A DNA stretch of 45,234 bases. Origin: Candidatus Moanibacter sp. GTDB lineage: Bacteria > Verrucomicrobiota > Verrucomicrobiia > Opitutales > UBA2987. Position numbers and translations under genes: made by a program. Each line of letters begins with the position of its first letter. Position 1 is the first letter of the stretch. Shown here in pieces: positions 20,059 through 31,596 of the stretch. The notes under the pieces are model-generated. The model saw only the letters and a program-made list of their open reading frames with translations, was not told where the DNA came from and searched no databases. The DNA lies in the NCBI GenBank assembly GCA_965215885.1, contig CBDCEW010000067.1, positions 1 through 45,234 of the forward strand, given 5' to 3'.

Positions 20059-23000
20059 CTAATCACTCACGACACGGAGGCGGACGAACTTGGCCTCGGT
20101 GTCGATGGGCAGGCGAGCTTCGATGACGGTGGCGTCGGGTTCGTCGCGCACGACGGATTCATTTATCCCGCCGGAAAACCAGGATACAAGATCGTTCGAC
20201 GATTCCACGATTCCGGTCACGCCGAGTGCGCTTTTGGATTTTCGATAGACGAAGACGAGGTCGTTGGTGTCGACTTCGAACTCGAACGACTCCTCGTCAT
20301 CCTTGTCGTTAGGATCGAGAGCCATGAAGTACTCGATGAGGTTTGGGATACGATCTCCGTCGGGATTGGCGGAGTCACCCCAGAGGGTCGTCTCGAGAGC
20401 CGGGTCGTTGAGATCATCGGGATCGAAATTATGGCCGAGCCAATCCTCAATGGAACCGTCGAGAACATCGATGGCGAGAGAAGCGCCGGCCTGAAGGGGA
20501 CCGCCCGATCCTACATTGCCGTTGTCATTGACGGCTATGTCGAGGGTATCCTGGTCGGTAAATCCGGGATCGCTGCGGTAGCTCAGACCGCCATCGTCAG
20601 ACAAAGTGGCGTTGAGAGCGCCGAGTGCTGCCGTGACTGTGACTGAATTCGACCCGTTGCCGCCGATGTTGGCGCCGATGAGGCCGCCCGGCACCGTCTC
20701 ACTCAGGGTAATCACTCCGGACGCGACAGTAAAGGTGACGGTCAGAAACCCGACTCCCGCATCGATGTCCGTTAAAGCGACGCCGACGATCGCCTGATCG
20801 ATACCGGTGACTACCGCGACCGGTGCAGGCACGACCACTCCGGGTGGATCATTCACCATCCCGACATCCAAGGTCACCGTGGCGGGTTGTTCAGCAAAAA
20901 TAAGCCCATCGTCGGCGTTCCAATCAAATGGGTCCTGACCGTTCCAATTCTCGTCGGGGGCGTACTCGAGACCGGCAATCTCGAAATTAAAGATCTGTTG
21001 GTTGAGGAGAACGGGGACATCATTTAGCGTCAATTCGCCGTTCTGCGGTAAGGTAGTAATCACAATTGATGAAAGGGTGTCCCCGGCATCCTGATCGGCG
21101 AAGGCGTTTTCGAACTGAGTAAGAGAGAATTGAAAGTTAGTATCTTCGTCGCCCGGCACTATAAAGTCGGAAAGAACGGGAGGGTAATTCTGGTCAAATG
21201 AAACCCCGTCAAGCCAACCGGCATCAGCACCGCTTTCATTACTGGAATTTTTTCTATAGATCCATTCGACGATGTGGTTGCCGTTGCCCACTGTGAAGAG
21301 CTGCCCCTGCCAATCGACTTCCCCACTGATGGACGCTTGCTCGGCCCCGTCCAGGACAAAGCTCAAAATGTCTGAAAATGACTGGGAGGAGACTTTCCAT
21401 TGGAAATTGAGCTCACCAGGCCCCTCGATGGTGGTGCGCAGAACCGATTCCCCGAGGTGGGAAACCGGACCCGACTGAAGGGCATCCCCGTCGATCGAGG
21501 CGACGGCCGACTGCGCAAACCAGGACGCCCCGTCCACTTCCCAGATCAGGGAGTCGCTCTCAACGGCCTCATTGAGATAGCCGTCAATATCGAATATCTC
21601 CAATTCGTCGACCCAGACGGTGTCCGCGTCGGCGGAGACAGATTCGTCTTTGATGTAGCCCCAGGAGACGGTGTGCTAGCCCTGCGGAATGCGCACAAGC
21701 TGGCGATGCCAATCACGCTCCCCGGAGAGCCGGGCCTGCTCCACACCGTCGAAGAGAAGTTCAAGGGGGTCGAAAAAGTCCTCCGTTGACGCCTTCCACC
21801 AGAAGCTGAGATCGAGCGGACCGGAAATCGAGAGCGTGAAAATAGAGGTTTGATTGTCCGCGATATCGCCGCTTTGCATGGCGTCCACGCCGTCGTGGCT
21901 GACTATGGTCTGGGCAAACCACTCGGCGCTCCCGACATTGGTCCAGGTCTGGCCCGGCAAATCGAGGGCATCTCCAATGGGATCGGAAGAAAAGACGTCG
22001 AGCACCGCCTCGTTGCTGGTGGTGGAACCGAAAGCGTTAGACACGACTGCGCGGTAGCGGCCGGAATCGCCGAAGGTGACGTTATTGAAAACCAGCTCGG
22101 ACGCGCTGCCCACCTGAACCGGAACGCCGTCTTTCTCCCACTGGTAGGTGAGCGGTTCCTCTCCGAAGGCCTGGACCAAGAGAGTGACCGGATCGGCTAC
22201 CGTAACACTCTGATTATCCGGATGATACGTAATAAAAGGGGCCTCGATATCGGCCGAAACATAGACGACCTGATCGACCCAACCGGCGTCGGCTCCCACG
22301 GAGAAGATGGGATCTTTTTCGTAGACCCATTTCAGGGTATGGGCACCGTCGGGGATGGGGATTCGGATTTCGGCCCAATCCACAAGCCCGCTGATCTCAT
22401 CGGTAAGCGCCTCATCGATAGAAAAGCGGAGAAAATCCCAATTCAGTTCCGACGATACAGACCACCAGAAGGAGAGAAATCCGGGCCCATCAACAATCGT
22501 GACCAGCTCCGTCGACTCGCCATTGTCGACATCCCCGCTCTGTAGCGCGTCCACTCCATCGTAGGTGAAGCCGGTCTGATTGGACCAGGAAGCGTCGCCC
22601 GAGGTTCCCCAGGTGAGTTCGGCATTGTCGGCTCCCTCCCCCAACGATGCATCGGCGAGCAGCACGGTGAGGGTGGCGGGATCGCTCATGACCACTCCAA
22701 ATTCGTTGGAAACCTCCACGGAATAATTGCCGTTGTCGCCCAAATCAACGCCGACTACACTGAGGGTCACGGTCTGGGCTGAGGGGTCGGTGAGATCGAT
22801 GCCGTCCTTACGCCATTGGTAAGCGAGAATTCCTTCGCCGGTCGCCTCCACACCGAATGTGACGTCCTCGCCGGAAAAAGCGAAGTGGCTCGATGGGTGT
22901 TTGGTAATGTTGGGTGCGAGAGTGGCGTCGAAAACGGTCAGAGTGGCCGCCTGGCTGAGATCGTTTCCAGCCGAATTGGAAACCGTTACCGTATAATCGT

Positions 23001-25771
23001 CGGCATCGGCAATTGTCACGGAGGAGAGGGAGAGGGTCGCGTCGGTGGCACCTGAAATGTCCACCCCATCCTTCTGCCACTGGTACTGGAAGGGAGAGGT
23101 GCCGCCTGATTGAACCGTAAAAGTAACGTCGTCCCCCGCATCGACGGTCAAGCTCTGGGGCGGCACTGTGATAAAGGGAGGGCGCACCACGGTATCGACC
23201 GTAAGCGTGGCCGGCGCGCTCGTAACCTCACCGGCCTCGTTGCTTACCACGACGGTGTATTCGCCCGAATCGTCCGCGGAGGCACTCTGCAGAACCAGCG
23301 TATCGCTATCGGCTGACGGAATCTGTAGAGCCAGGCCGTCCTTCCGCCATTCATAGGTCAACGGCTCGGTCCCGGCGGCGGTAACGGAGAAGGAGGTTTG
23401 TGTGCCTGTGAGCACGGCAATGTCCATTGGTTGGCTTATGATGGACGGTGGCGCCACCCCATTGAAGGCAAAGAGGACGCTATCGACCCAACCTTTATCA
23501 TCACCGATCGAAACAGAGGTGTCTTTTGTGTAAGTCCACTCCAGGGTCTGGGAGCCGGGCGGCACTTCCAAAGTACGCATTTCCCAATCGACTTCGCCCG
23601 ATATCGAGACCTGCAGCTGCCCGCCAATAAAAAATCTGAGGAAATCCCAGTTCTTCTCGGAAGAGACTTTCCAGTAGAACGAAACTGTGCCGGGTCCGGT
23701 TACGGAAGCGCTCAGCCGGGATCGTTCGTTGTGAGTGAGCAAACCACTGGCGGCCGATTCCTCGCCGGTAAAGCTCTCCCCAGTATCGACCAGCCAGTCC
23801 GCATCGCCGGACGTGACCCAGAAGAGGCTCGGCGCGTCCACCGCGTCGCCCAGAGCCGCGTTGGCCACGGACACTTCGAGGCGTCCCGTGCTCGTAGTCT
23901 CGCCCGCGGCATTCGCCACCGCCACACGGTAGAGGCCGTCATCGGCGCCTGATACGTTGGAAACTTCGAGAGTGCTCTCATCGGCTCCCCCGATCGCCTG
24001 GCCGTCCTTCGACCACTCGTAAGCAAGCGGTGCGGCACCGGAGGCAGTAACCGAAAGAGTGACGCTCTGTCCTTCCGCGACAACCTGGTCACCCAGCGGC
24101 GCGGTAATGGAAGGGTATTCCAGAACAGGATTGACGAGGAGCGCGCGGTGGAGATTGGCGCGGCGGCCCGTGCGCATCCTCCCCTCGTATACGCTCAGGG
24201 TGTCTCCTCCTCCATAGAGCCGATTGATCAGGGTAAGGTAGTCTTCTGAGGGAAATTCGGCTTTCAGGACGGCCAGAAGACCGCTGATATGAGGCGTCGC
24301 CATGGAAGTTCCGCTCAGCTGCTGGTATGCGCTGTCGGCAATAAAATCGCACGAAAGTATGGAGGATCCGGGCGCGGCGATATCGGCGGCGACTTCACCG
24401 AAGTTGGAAAAGGAAGAGAGCGATTCGTTCCGCGTCATACTGGCGACGCTAATGAGGTTATCGTGTGAGTAGGCGGCGGGATAGGTCGGGTTCGTTTCGA
24501 GGTCAGAACTGTCGTTGCCGGCCGCGGCCACAAAGAGGATTCCGGCCTGGCGGGCATCCTCAATGGTGTTGATAAGAGCTTGGGAAAAACCACCGCCGCC
24601 CCAACTGTTGTTCATGATGTGGGCCCCCATGGCGATGCCGTAATCGATACATTCGATGGCGTTCCCTACGGAACCCGAACCGCCCGCGGAGAGGAATTTC
24701 AATGCCATCAGTTGCACGTCCCAGGCCACCCCGGCGACTCCTACTCCATTGTTGCCCACCGCTCCAATGGTCCCGGCAACGTGAGTGCCGTGCTCATTAT
24801 TGTCGATAGGATTTCCGGAGCCGTTAATGGCGTTGAAACCGAAGACGTCGTCTACATATCCATTGCTGTCGTCGTCGACACCGTTGCCGGATGTCTCGCC
24901 GGGGTTAATCCACATATTGCCGGCGAGATCTTCATGGGTGTATCGGACACCCGTATCAATTACCGCCACGATGACGGTGGCAGCGTCATTCCGAATCGCC
25001 CATCCCTCCGGTGCGTCGATGTCACTATCTGCGTTTCCGCCACTCTGTCCCGTGTTGTTCATACCCCACAGCTGATCGAACAACGCGTCGTCCGGAAAGG
25101 TTTGAAAGGTGCGAACGATGTAATCCGGCTCGGCATACCGAACCAATGACGAGTCCTCCTCAAAAGCTGCCAGTATCTTGGAATAATCATGGAGATCGAC
25201 ATCGGGCAGCTCCAGGAAATACAAGCCCCGCCTGCTTGGATGAGGTCGGACGGCAGCCCCTAAAGCAGCGGCTTGTGCGGCGAGTTCCGCCTCCGCCCGG
25301 TCCTCGCGCAGCTGCACCAGAAAATGTGAGGCTACCATCTCCCGACGGCTCAGGACCTCTTCTTCCCCACTCTCCGGATCCCGCACAACCTTCTCCTCGA
25401 TGCGCACCGCGTAAGGGAGGTCGACCGGCTGAACTATGGTTAACCGCGTTATCGCTCTGTCGTTCTTATATGTGCGCTCCCCCTGCCATACGATGGCGGC
25501 GTTCGGCCATGCCGGGTGTTTCCCTCCCCTTCCATCGCCGGCGCCGGGGGGGGAACCCTCATCCCCGGATTGGCTCGCACCGGGCGTGGCACGCGACTTG
25601 TCGGGCGCAGAGGTTTGCGACCCCCCCCTCTGAGTTTTCAGCGGCCGCGGGCGTAGCTTCCGAAGCGACCGTTTCGACTTCCCTCTGCAGCCACCAGATG
25701 CCGATACCCCCGACCGTTAAGATCGAGAAAAGGAGAGCGTAAAAAGCTACCGATGAACGCATTTCAGGCAT
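20059..25771 (-). CDS. Large secreted S8 (subtilisin-like) serine protease with Ig-like and beta-sandwich repeats; split by one frameshift (~25621) and one in-frame TAG (21676-21678)
   Basis: N-terminal hydrophobic segment in ORF 25559..25771. Triad motifs VAVIDTG, HGTHVAGTIGA, GTSMATPH. About five I-set-like repeats (P.I...P....V..G.....F.V.A.G..P..YQW.KDG). Four W.T.GDA.W...SG...F.WKVSSE..WD.L.F...ISGEVDW repeats. C-terminal NPDGD...NL.EY...VE.S.DL..W...F.RL.V domain. Confidence 0.88.
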
Positions 25772-26097
25772 GCCTATGGTACAGGGATACCGGTGAGTTA
25801 CCGATAAAAATCGAACCCGCCAGGAATCTGTCGGACTTGGATTTTAGCAACATACCTGAGGTTTATTTTCTTAATTCTAGTCCCGGCAAGCCGGGATCGG
25901 ACGAAAAAGATGAAGATGTTTCGAGAGGGGTTTTAATTCGACAAGCTGCTAGCTTACCACAAAACGCCCCAAGACCCAAGGTCATAGTCGCGCCGCAATT
26001 CGGCTCGGCAAGCCGGACGAAGAAGGACAAGAGTAAGAACGGATAAAAGCACAACAGCCCATTGTTCGTGGTAAGATGCAGGACGGCTACCAGAATT

Positions 26098-26585
26098 TCC
26101 CCCTTTCGCGCTTTTTCGCGTTTTTAGCGGGTACATCCTCCATAGCTTTAGCGAAGGAGGGCCGTCCCTCTTAGAACGGGCATTTCGAGAACGAGCACGA
26201 TTACGTGGACGATGGGAAGAACGAGGCTTACGATTAAGATGATGGGAACATTTCTCCCCGTCAGGGAACCTATGTCGCAATCCTCGTCGTAAACTTGGTC
26301 GGGCGATAATCTCCGAATCTTAAGAAACGGTGCGGCGGAGCGCCCCGTCCACCACCGAACGACCATTCAGAGGTGGACCGGGTGCTCCGCACACGGTTAC
26401 CGAGGGTAAATCTTTCCTTTGCGTGAGAATCCACATGCATTTCGCTCCGCCTCCGATCACAACTAATCCGTTGCAATACCTCCTCCTTCCTTTCGCGTAT
26501 TTTCGCGTGTTTAGCGGGCTATACGCTCTCTCGCCCGCTCCCCCATTCTCCGTTTCTCCGATTCCTCCTCTCCCCCTCCACTTTC
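26098..26585. repeat. Repeat mosaic in minus orientation between the S8 gene and rpsR
   Basis: Reverse complements of the modules at 4120-4345, plus TCCTCCATAGCTTTAGCGAAGGAGG (26136-26160) and a GGTGGACCGGGTGCTCCGCACACGG hairpin also seen near 41545. Confidence 0.75.
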
Positions 26586-26626
26586 GGCTTGCCATTGGAA
26601 TGCGATCCGTTTTCCATTCGGCGCTT

Positions 26627-26827
26627 ATGAGTTCTGAAGATACGAAACCGGTGCGCCAATCGAGAAACGTATCCGACTACACTTTTCTCGACGCGGACAC
26701 CTTGCGTCGCTTCGTCACCGATACGGGAAAGATTCTTCCCCGTCGCATAACGGGTTTCTCAGCCAAGCAGCAGCGGCGCCTGACCAAGACGATTAAACAG
26801 GCGCGCAATATGCTGCTACTGAAATAG
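26627..26827 (+). CDS. rpsR: 30S ribosomal protein S18 (no zinc-binding cysteines)
   Basis: D...[24 protein letters not shown]...IK.AR...LL; ATG 26627 lies in ORF 26330..26827. Confidence 0.95.
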   Translation: MSSEDTKPVRQSRNVSDYTFLDADTLRRFVTDTGKILPRRITGFSAKQQRRLTKTIKQARNMLLLK

Positions 26828-26931
26828 TATTTGTCGAGCGCGCGAGGTCTCGCGCTCGACAATACAGTGGCGGCCATTGGCTCCCTTATGGCTACGATGA
26901 AGAGTGAGATCCGAACCTCACACCTTCTCCA

Positions 26932-27942
26932 ATGAGGATCTTCCACGACAACCCGGATGACATCAATGAGGTGGCCGGAATTCTCCGAAAGGGAGGCCTG
27001 GTGGCGGTGCCCACGGAAACGGTCTACGGATTAGCCGCCAGTGCGTTCAATGAGGAAGCCTGCCGGCAAATCTTCAAGGTAAAAAGGCGGCCTCTGATCG
27101 ACCCGCTTATTGTCCATATCCATGACCTTGGAGAGGCTAAAAGACTGGCGGCTTTTAATTCCGGCGCGGAATCGTTAGCAGAAGCTTTCTGGCCGGGGCC
27201 CCTTACGCTCGTTCTGGAAAAGAAACGACTCATTCCTGGAATAGTTACGGCGAATCGAAAGACGGTGGCGATTCGCATGCCGCGGCATCCGGTCATGGTC
27301 CGGATACTGGAGGCGGCGGGAGTGCCCCTGGCGGCGCCGAGCGCCAACCGGTTCGGTTATGTAAGCCCGACCCGGGTGGAGCATATTCCAAACGCCCTTG
27401 GAAACACCATCGAATACGCCGTGGAGGGCGGCCCCTGCAAGGTGGGCGTTGAGTCGACCATCGTTAATCTCTGCCACCCTGAATCACCTACCCTGCTGCG
27501 GGCGGGCGCAATTACGGTGGATATGCTGGCTGGCATTTTAGGCAGGAAGGTCGCTCCCGAGACCCTGCTCTACGGCAGGGTAGCCTGGCGGGAAGAGGGC
27601 TCCGGGCTCCCCTCCCCCGGTTTATTCGAGAAGCACTACAGCCCGAGGGCTAACCTCGTGTTGATGAAAGAAACGGGAAGCCTTGAGGTTGCTGGCGCCG
27701 GTAAGACGGCGGTGGTGCATTTCCGGCGGATAGGGAACCTCCCAGAGGTCGACTCGGTCGCTCATTTCCGGCTTACAGAGGAGGGAGATCTGCAAGAAGC
27801 GGCGCGAAATCTCTATCATGTCCTCCTGCGTCTCGACAGGGAGGGATACGAAACCATCTTCGTTGAGCCGGCGCCAGAGGAGGGAATCGGTCTGGCAATA
27901 AACGACCGTCTGCGGCGAGCGGCGGGCGGCGGGGGGAAGTGA
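26932..27942 (+). CDS. sua5: Threonylcarbamoyl-AMP synthase (Sua5 type, YrdC + SUA5 domains)
   Basis: VAVPTETVYGL, K.RP..DPLIVH, FWPGPLT, AAPSAN.FG..SPT, GVESTIV, SPG...KHYSP, GIG.AINDRL.RAA. Confidence 0.95.
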   Translation: MRIFHDNPDDINEVAGILRKGGLVAVPTETVYGLAASAFNEEACRQIFKVKRRPLIDPLIVHIHDLGEAKRLAAFNSGAESLAEAFWPGPLTLVLEKKRLIPGIVTANRKTVAIRMPRHPVMVRILEAAGVPLAAPSANRFGYVSPTRVEHIPNALGNTIEYAVEGGPCKVGVESTIVNLCHPESPTLLRAGAITVDMLAGILGRKVAPETLLYGRVAWREEGSGLPSPGLFEKHYSPRANLVLMKETGSLEVAGAGKTAVVHFRRIGNLPEVDSVAHFRLTEEGDLQEAARNLYHVLLRLDREGYETIFVEPAPEEGIGLAINDRLRRAAGGGGK

Positions 27943-28067
27943 GCCGCCGTTGCCCTTTATTTTATTCCAAATGATTTTGACATTCTTCTCTCCCTTCTGA
28001 TCACTGATTACTTGACACTGTATACTCACTCCTCCTCGCACTCGCTTTCTACTTTTCACTTTTCATC

Positions 28068-29247
28068 ATGGACGAAGCACAGCTGCCACCGCCCATTCAT
28101 CAGCCGACGGTAACTGGGACTCCCCCCGAATCCGGAGGCCAGGCCTCGACACCAGGGGGTGGGCAGGAAAAGCCGCGTCTGGAGATTCTGACCTCCCGAA
28201 ACTTTCCGGCGTGGCTGAACCTGCACAAAGTCAGTCTGGGCTTCAGCACTTACCAGTCGGGCAAGCTCTATCTGGTGGGGCTGAAAGAGGATAACCGGCT
28301 CTCCATCTTCGAGCGTACTTTTAATCGGTGCATGGGGTTATGGAGCGACGGGCAGACCATTTGGGCCTCGACGGTATTCCAGCTCTGGCGATTCGAGAAC
28401 TGCCTGGCCGAGGAAGGAGGTCGACAATGACTATGATCGCCTTTACGTGCCACGTATGGGCTACACAACGAGCGCCTGCGATATTCATGATATCGCGGTA
28501 GACAATGACGGCCGGGTCGTTTTCATCAATACCCTGTTCGGCTGTGTGGCCACAGTGAGCGAGCAGCACTGTTTTAAGCCGCTTTGGCGCCCACCCTTCC
28601 TGTCAAAACTGGCAGCGGAGGACCGCTGTCATCTCAACGGTCTCGCCCTGGTGGACGGCCGGCCGAAATTTGCCACCGCTGTCAGTCAGTCCGACGTCGT
28701 TGATGGCTGGCGCGAGCACCGCCGCTCCGGCGGATGCCTCATGGACATCGAAACCAACGAGATTATCTCGAGCAACCTTTCCATGCCGCACTCTCCGCGT
28801 TGGTACGGCGGCCACCTCTGGTTGCTCGATTCCGGCTCGGGTTTTCTCGGCCAGATCGAACCCAAGCACGGTGCATTTGAGGCGTTGACCTTCTGTCCCG
28901 GTTATGCGCGTGGGTTAGCATTTCACGGCGATTACGCGGTTGTTGGCGTTTCCAAACCACGCCACAACAAAACGTTTTCCGCACTCGCCCTGGATGACAA
29001 CCTGGAAGAGCGGCACGCCAAAGCCTGGTGCGGCCTCCTCGTCATCGATCTCAAAAGCGGGGACGTGGTTCATTGGCTTCGGCTGGAAGGTGTCGTTGCG
29101 GAGTTGTATGACGTCATCGTGCTACCCGGCGTGCGGCGTCCCAAGGCGCTCGGGTTCAAGACCGACGAAATTCGCTATACCGTATCTATGGAAGGGGGCC
29201 GTTCCATCTGGAAGGGTATGCGGAAAGAGGAATCTGTCGGTCAGTGA
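28068..29247 (+). CDS. TIGR03032/DUF4915-family protein (frameshift at ~28405-28425)
   Basis: S..F..WL....SL.FSTYQ.GKL, FERTF.RCMGL, YVPR..Y.T...DIHD, F.NTLF.C, W.PPF.SKLA.EDRCHLNGLA, LSMPHSPRWY, FCPGY.RGL, ELYDV.VLP. Confidence 0.85.
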
Positions 29248-31436
29248 CCCGAAGATTTGGTAAAAACTTCGGGATAGTGGGTATAGTAATCGCGGTAGGA
29301 CCTGTCGTAACGATGGGAGAAGTAGCGACCCGCGGTTGCTCGCTTCATATTATTTAGAATCACTCCACACATGGGGACCGGAAAATCCAGAATACTTTGG
29401 GCATTATAGCGAGCAGTCTTACGTTTCACGGCATCGAAGCGCACCACATAGATTACGCAGTCAACAACGGGCAAGAGAGTAAGCGCATCGCTGACCGGTG
29501 CCAAGGGCGGAGCATCGAGGACTATTCTATCATATCGCATGCGCAGCTCACCGAGGAAATCGGCAAACTTCGAACTGCTCAAAATACGGGTGGAATTTTG
29601 AGCCTGACCGCCGGTGGGAAGGACATCGAGATCGGGATAGAGTTGCTTGACAATAACATCATCGAGCGCCGCGCCACGCTCAAAGCAATCGATCAGGCCG
29701 CAGGCGTTATTCAGCTCCAGCATTTCGGCTACATTTGGTATGCGTAGGTCGCAGCCGATGAGCAAGGTTCGTTCATCGTGTCCGGCAAACGTGAGAGAGA
29801 GATTGGAAGCGTTGAGAGACTTGCCCTCATCCGGAGCAGTGCTGGTAATAAGGATGCACTTGGATCGTTTTCTGACCTCGCTAGTCCTGAACGTTGCGCA
29901 GATCGAGCGAAACGCTTCGACCGTCTCCCGATCTTCACTCCCGATCACGATTTGGGCCTTTTCGAGAGGCTCCTTCGCCTTCAATTCGGGAACGATCCCG
30001 ATAAGCGGAAGGCCAAGAACGGCTTCGATATCGAAAGGCACTTTTACCCGGTCGTCAAAATATGCCAGGAGCACGACAAGGAGAGAACCCAACAATAATC
30101 CGCTTCCTATACCTGCCCCGAGATGGAATTGGTAGTCAGGCTCGAAGGGACGTGACGACGGACGAGCGTGCGCCACAATCTGAACTTGCGGAGCTAATCC
30201 GTCGATCCGATCCTGCAATCCCACTACCTTTCCGGACGCCTCTTCAAGAGCCTGCTCCGCTACCCGCAGGTTTCGCCGAAGTGCCTGGTAGTGGCGGCGA
30301 CGCTCTTCATCTCCGAAGGCCTGTTGCCGCCTCTGGGCAATTCGCGCTTCGAGATTCTTGTAAATCTCATCATATTGCAGGTATCTCGCATGAATACCTT
30401 CCACGGCAGTATTGAGGGATCGCTGCAATTCCCGCTCCGTTTCCCCGATGGCATTATTCGCGGCGATGATCCTGGGGTGTTTATGGCGATAGCGCTCCTT
30501 CAACTGAGAATGCTCAATTCGGCGATCGGAGAGGCGAGCGTGAAGAAGGCCGATCTCATCCAAAGAAGCGATAAAACCGAGCTCCCACAGTTGGCGGCCC
30601 TCGGAGAGAAATTGCTGCGCTAGAATCCATTGGGTCTCAAGCTCGTCGCGCATCTTCTCATTCCTGACAAGCGATTCGGATAAATATCGAATTTCGCCGA
30701 GGACAGGTTCATCATCGGGATCGAGGGAGAGAGCGGGGTAACTCGCACGATAGGAAGCCAACGCATTCTCGGCTAGACGGACCTTTTCCGTATGTCTTTT
30801 CGCGTTGTGCCGTTGCTTTTCCAGCAAGTCGAGAAAGGGCTGATTACGCTGCTCCTCTCTAAGACTCAGAAATTCCTCAGCGAACCGATCCGAAACAGCG
30901 GCCGATACCGCGCTGTCGGGATGGGTGTAGTGGACCATTACGAGCCGCGAAGATGGAATCGCGGCGATTGCTCGATTCCGCATGAGGATATCTTCGACTG
31001 AGGGCTTCTTTGATGAGAATCGATGATTGCGATAGGGCGCGAGAATTCTGGCCCTCTCTTCGGTTTCCATCGCGCCCACGACCCGTTCGAGCAGTTCGAT
31101 GCTCTCAAGTGTTCCAATCTGCGTATTGGTATCGAAGAGGGAATCGAATGGCCTACTCTTTTCTTCCTGGACGATATTGGCTGATTGAGCCGGCCGAAGC
31201 ACCTCCAGGGTCGCCGTCCCCCGATAGAGAGGAGTCGTCAGATAAGCTTTGGAAAAGGCCCCGGCGATGCAGGTAAGTAATACTACGATGAAGAGCCAAT
31301 AACGCTCTCGAAGAAGCGGCACGTAGTCTTTGAACCGTCGAGGAGGTGGCTCTTCCGTGAGAGTTGAGACTGCATTCCTATCCCGTAAGGACAATCTCCC
31401 TGAGTATTCAGAAGGCGAATCTGACGATCCCGTCAT
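29241..31436 (-). CDS. wzc: Polysaccharide co-polymerase / BY-kinase (Wzc/GumC-like)
   Basis: Two TM segments flanking a coiled coil, Walker A-like TSTAPDEGKS, DLR.P and LDAPP motifs, C-terminal Tyr cluster YFSHRYDRSYRDYYTHY. Confidence 0.9.
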   Translation of the reverse strand: MTGSSDSPSEYSGRLSLRDRNAVSTLTEEPPPRRFKDYVPLLRERYWLFIVVLLTCIAGAFSKAYLTTPLYRGTATLEVLRPAQSANIVQEEKSRPFDSLFDTNTQIGTLESIELLERVVGAMETEERARILAPYRNHRFSSKKPSVEDILMRNRAIAAIPSSRLVMVHYTHPDSAVSAAVSDRFAEEFLSLREEQRNQPFLDLLEKQRHNAKRHTEKVRLAENALASYRASYPALSLDPDDEPVLGEIRYLSESLVRNEKMRDELETQWILAQQFLSEGRQLWELGFIASLDEIGLLHARLSDRRIEHSQLKERYRHKHPRIIAANNAIGETERELQRSLNTAVEGIHARYLQYDEIYKNLEARIAQRRQQAFGDEERRRHYQALRRNLRVAEQALEEASGKVVGLQDRIDGLAPQVQIVAHARPSSRPFEPDYQFHLGAGIGSGLLLGSLLVVLLAYFDDRVKVPFDIEAVLGLPLIGIVPELKAKEPLEKAQIVIGSEDRETVEAFRSICATFRTSEVRKRSKCILITSTAPDEGKSLNASNLSLTFAGHDERTLLIGCDLRIPNVAEMLELNNACGLIDCFERGAALDDVIVKQLYPDLDVLPTGGQAQNSTRILSSSKFADFLGELRMRYDRIVLDAPPLAPVSDALTLLPVVDCVIYVVRFDAVKRKTARYNAQSILDFPVPMCGVILNNMKRATAGRYFSHRYDRSYRDYYTHYPEVFTKSSGH

Positions 31437-31596
31437 GGTGAAATCTTAGGTTTGGGATTCTGTCGAACCCTGGAATCTGTCGGACATTTGGTCCGACGGA
31501 TTCCTATGAAGAAATCAATGTTGAGAAAGTTCCGATTGCCCAAATGCTCGGACAGGGAGATATGTAATAGTGCGGAATGCCTTATTCGTGTCCTTA

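Noticed and set aside
1655..21678. Amber (TAG) recoding, suggested by in-frame TAGs in the nested transposase (1655) and the S8 gene (21676)
   Set aside because: TAG is the normal stop of rpsR, hisC, the lipoate ligase, oleD and the S8 gene itself. No pyrrolysine genes are seen. Point mutation or base-call error is simpler.
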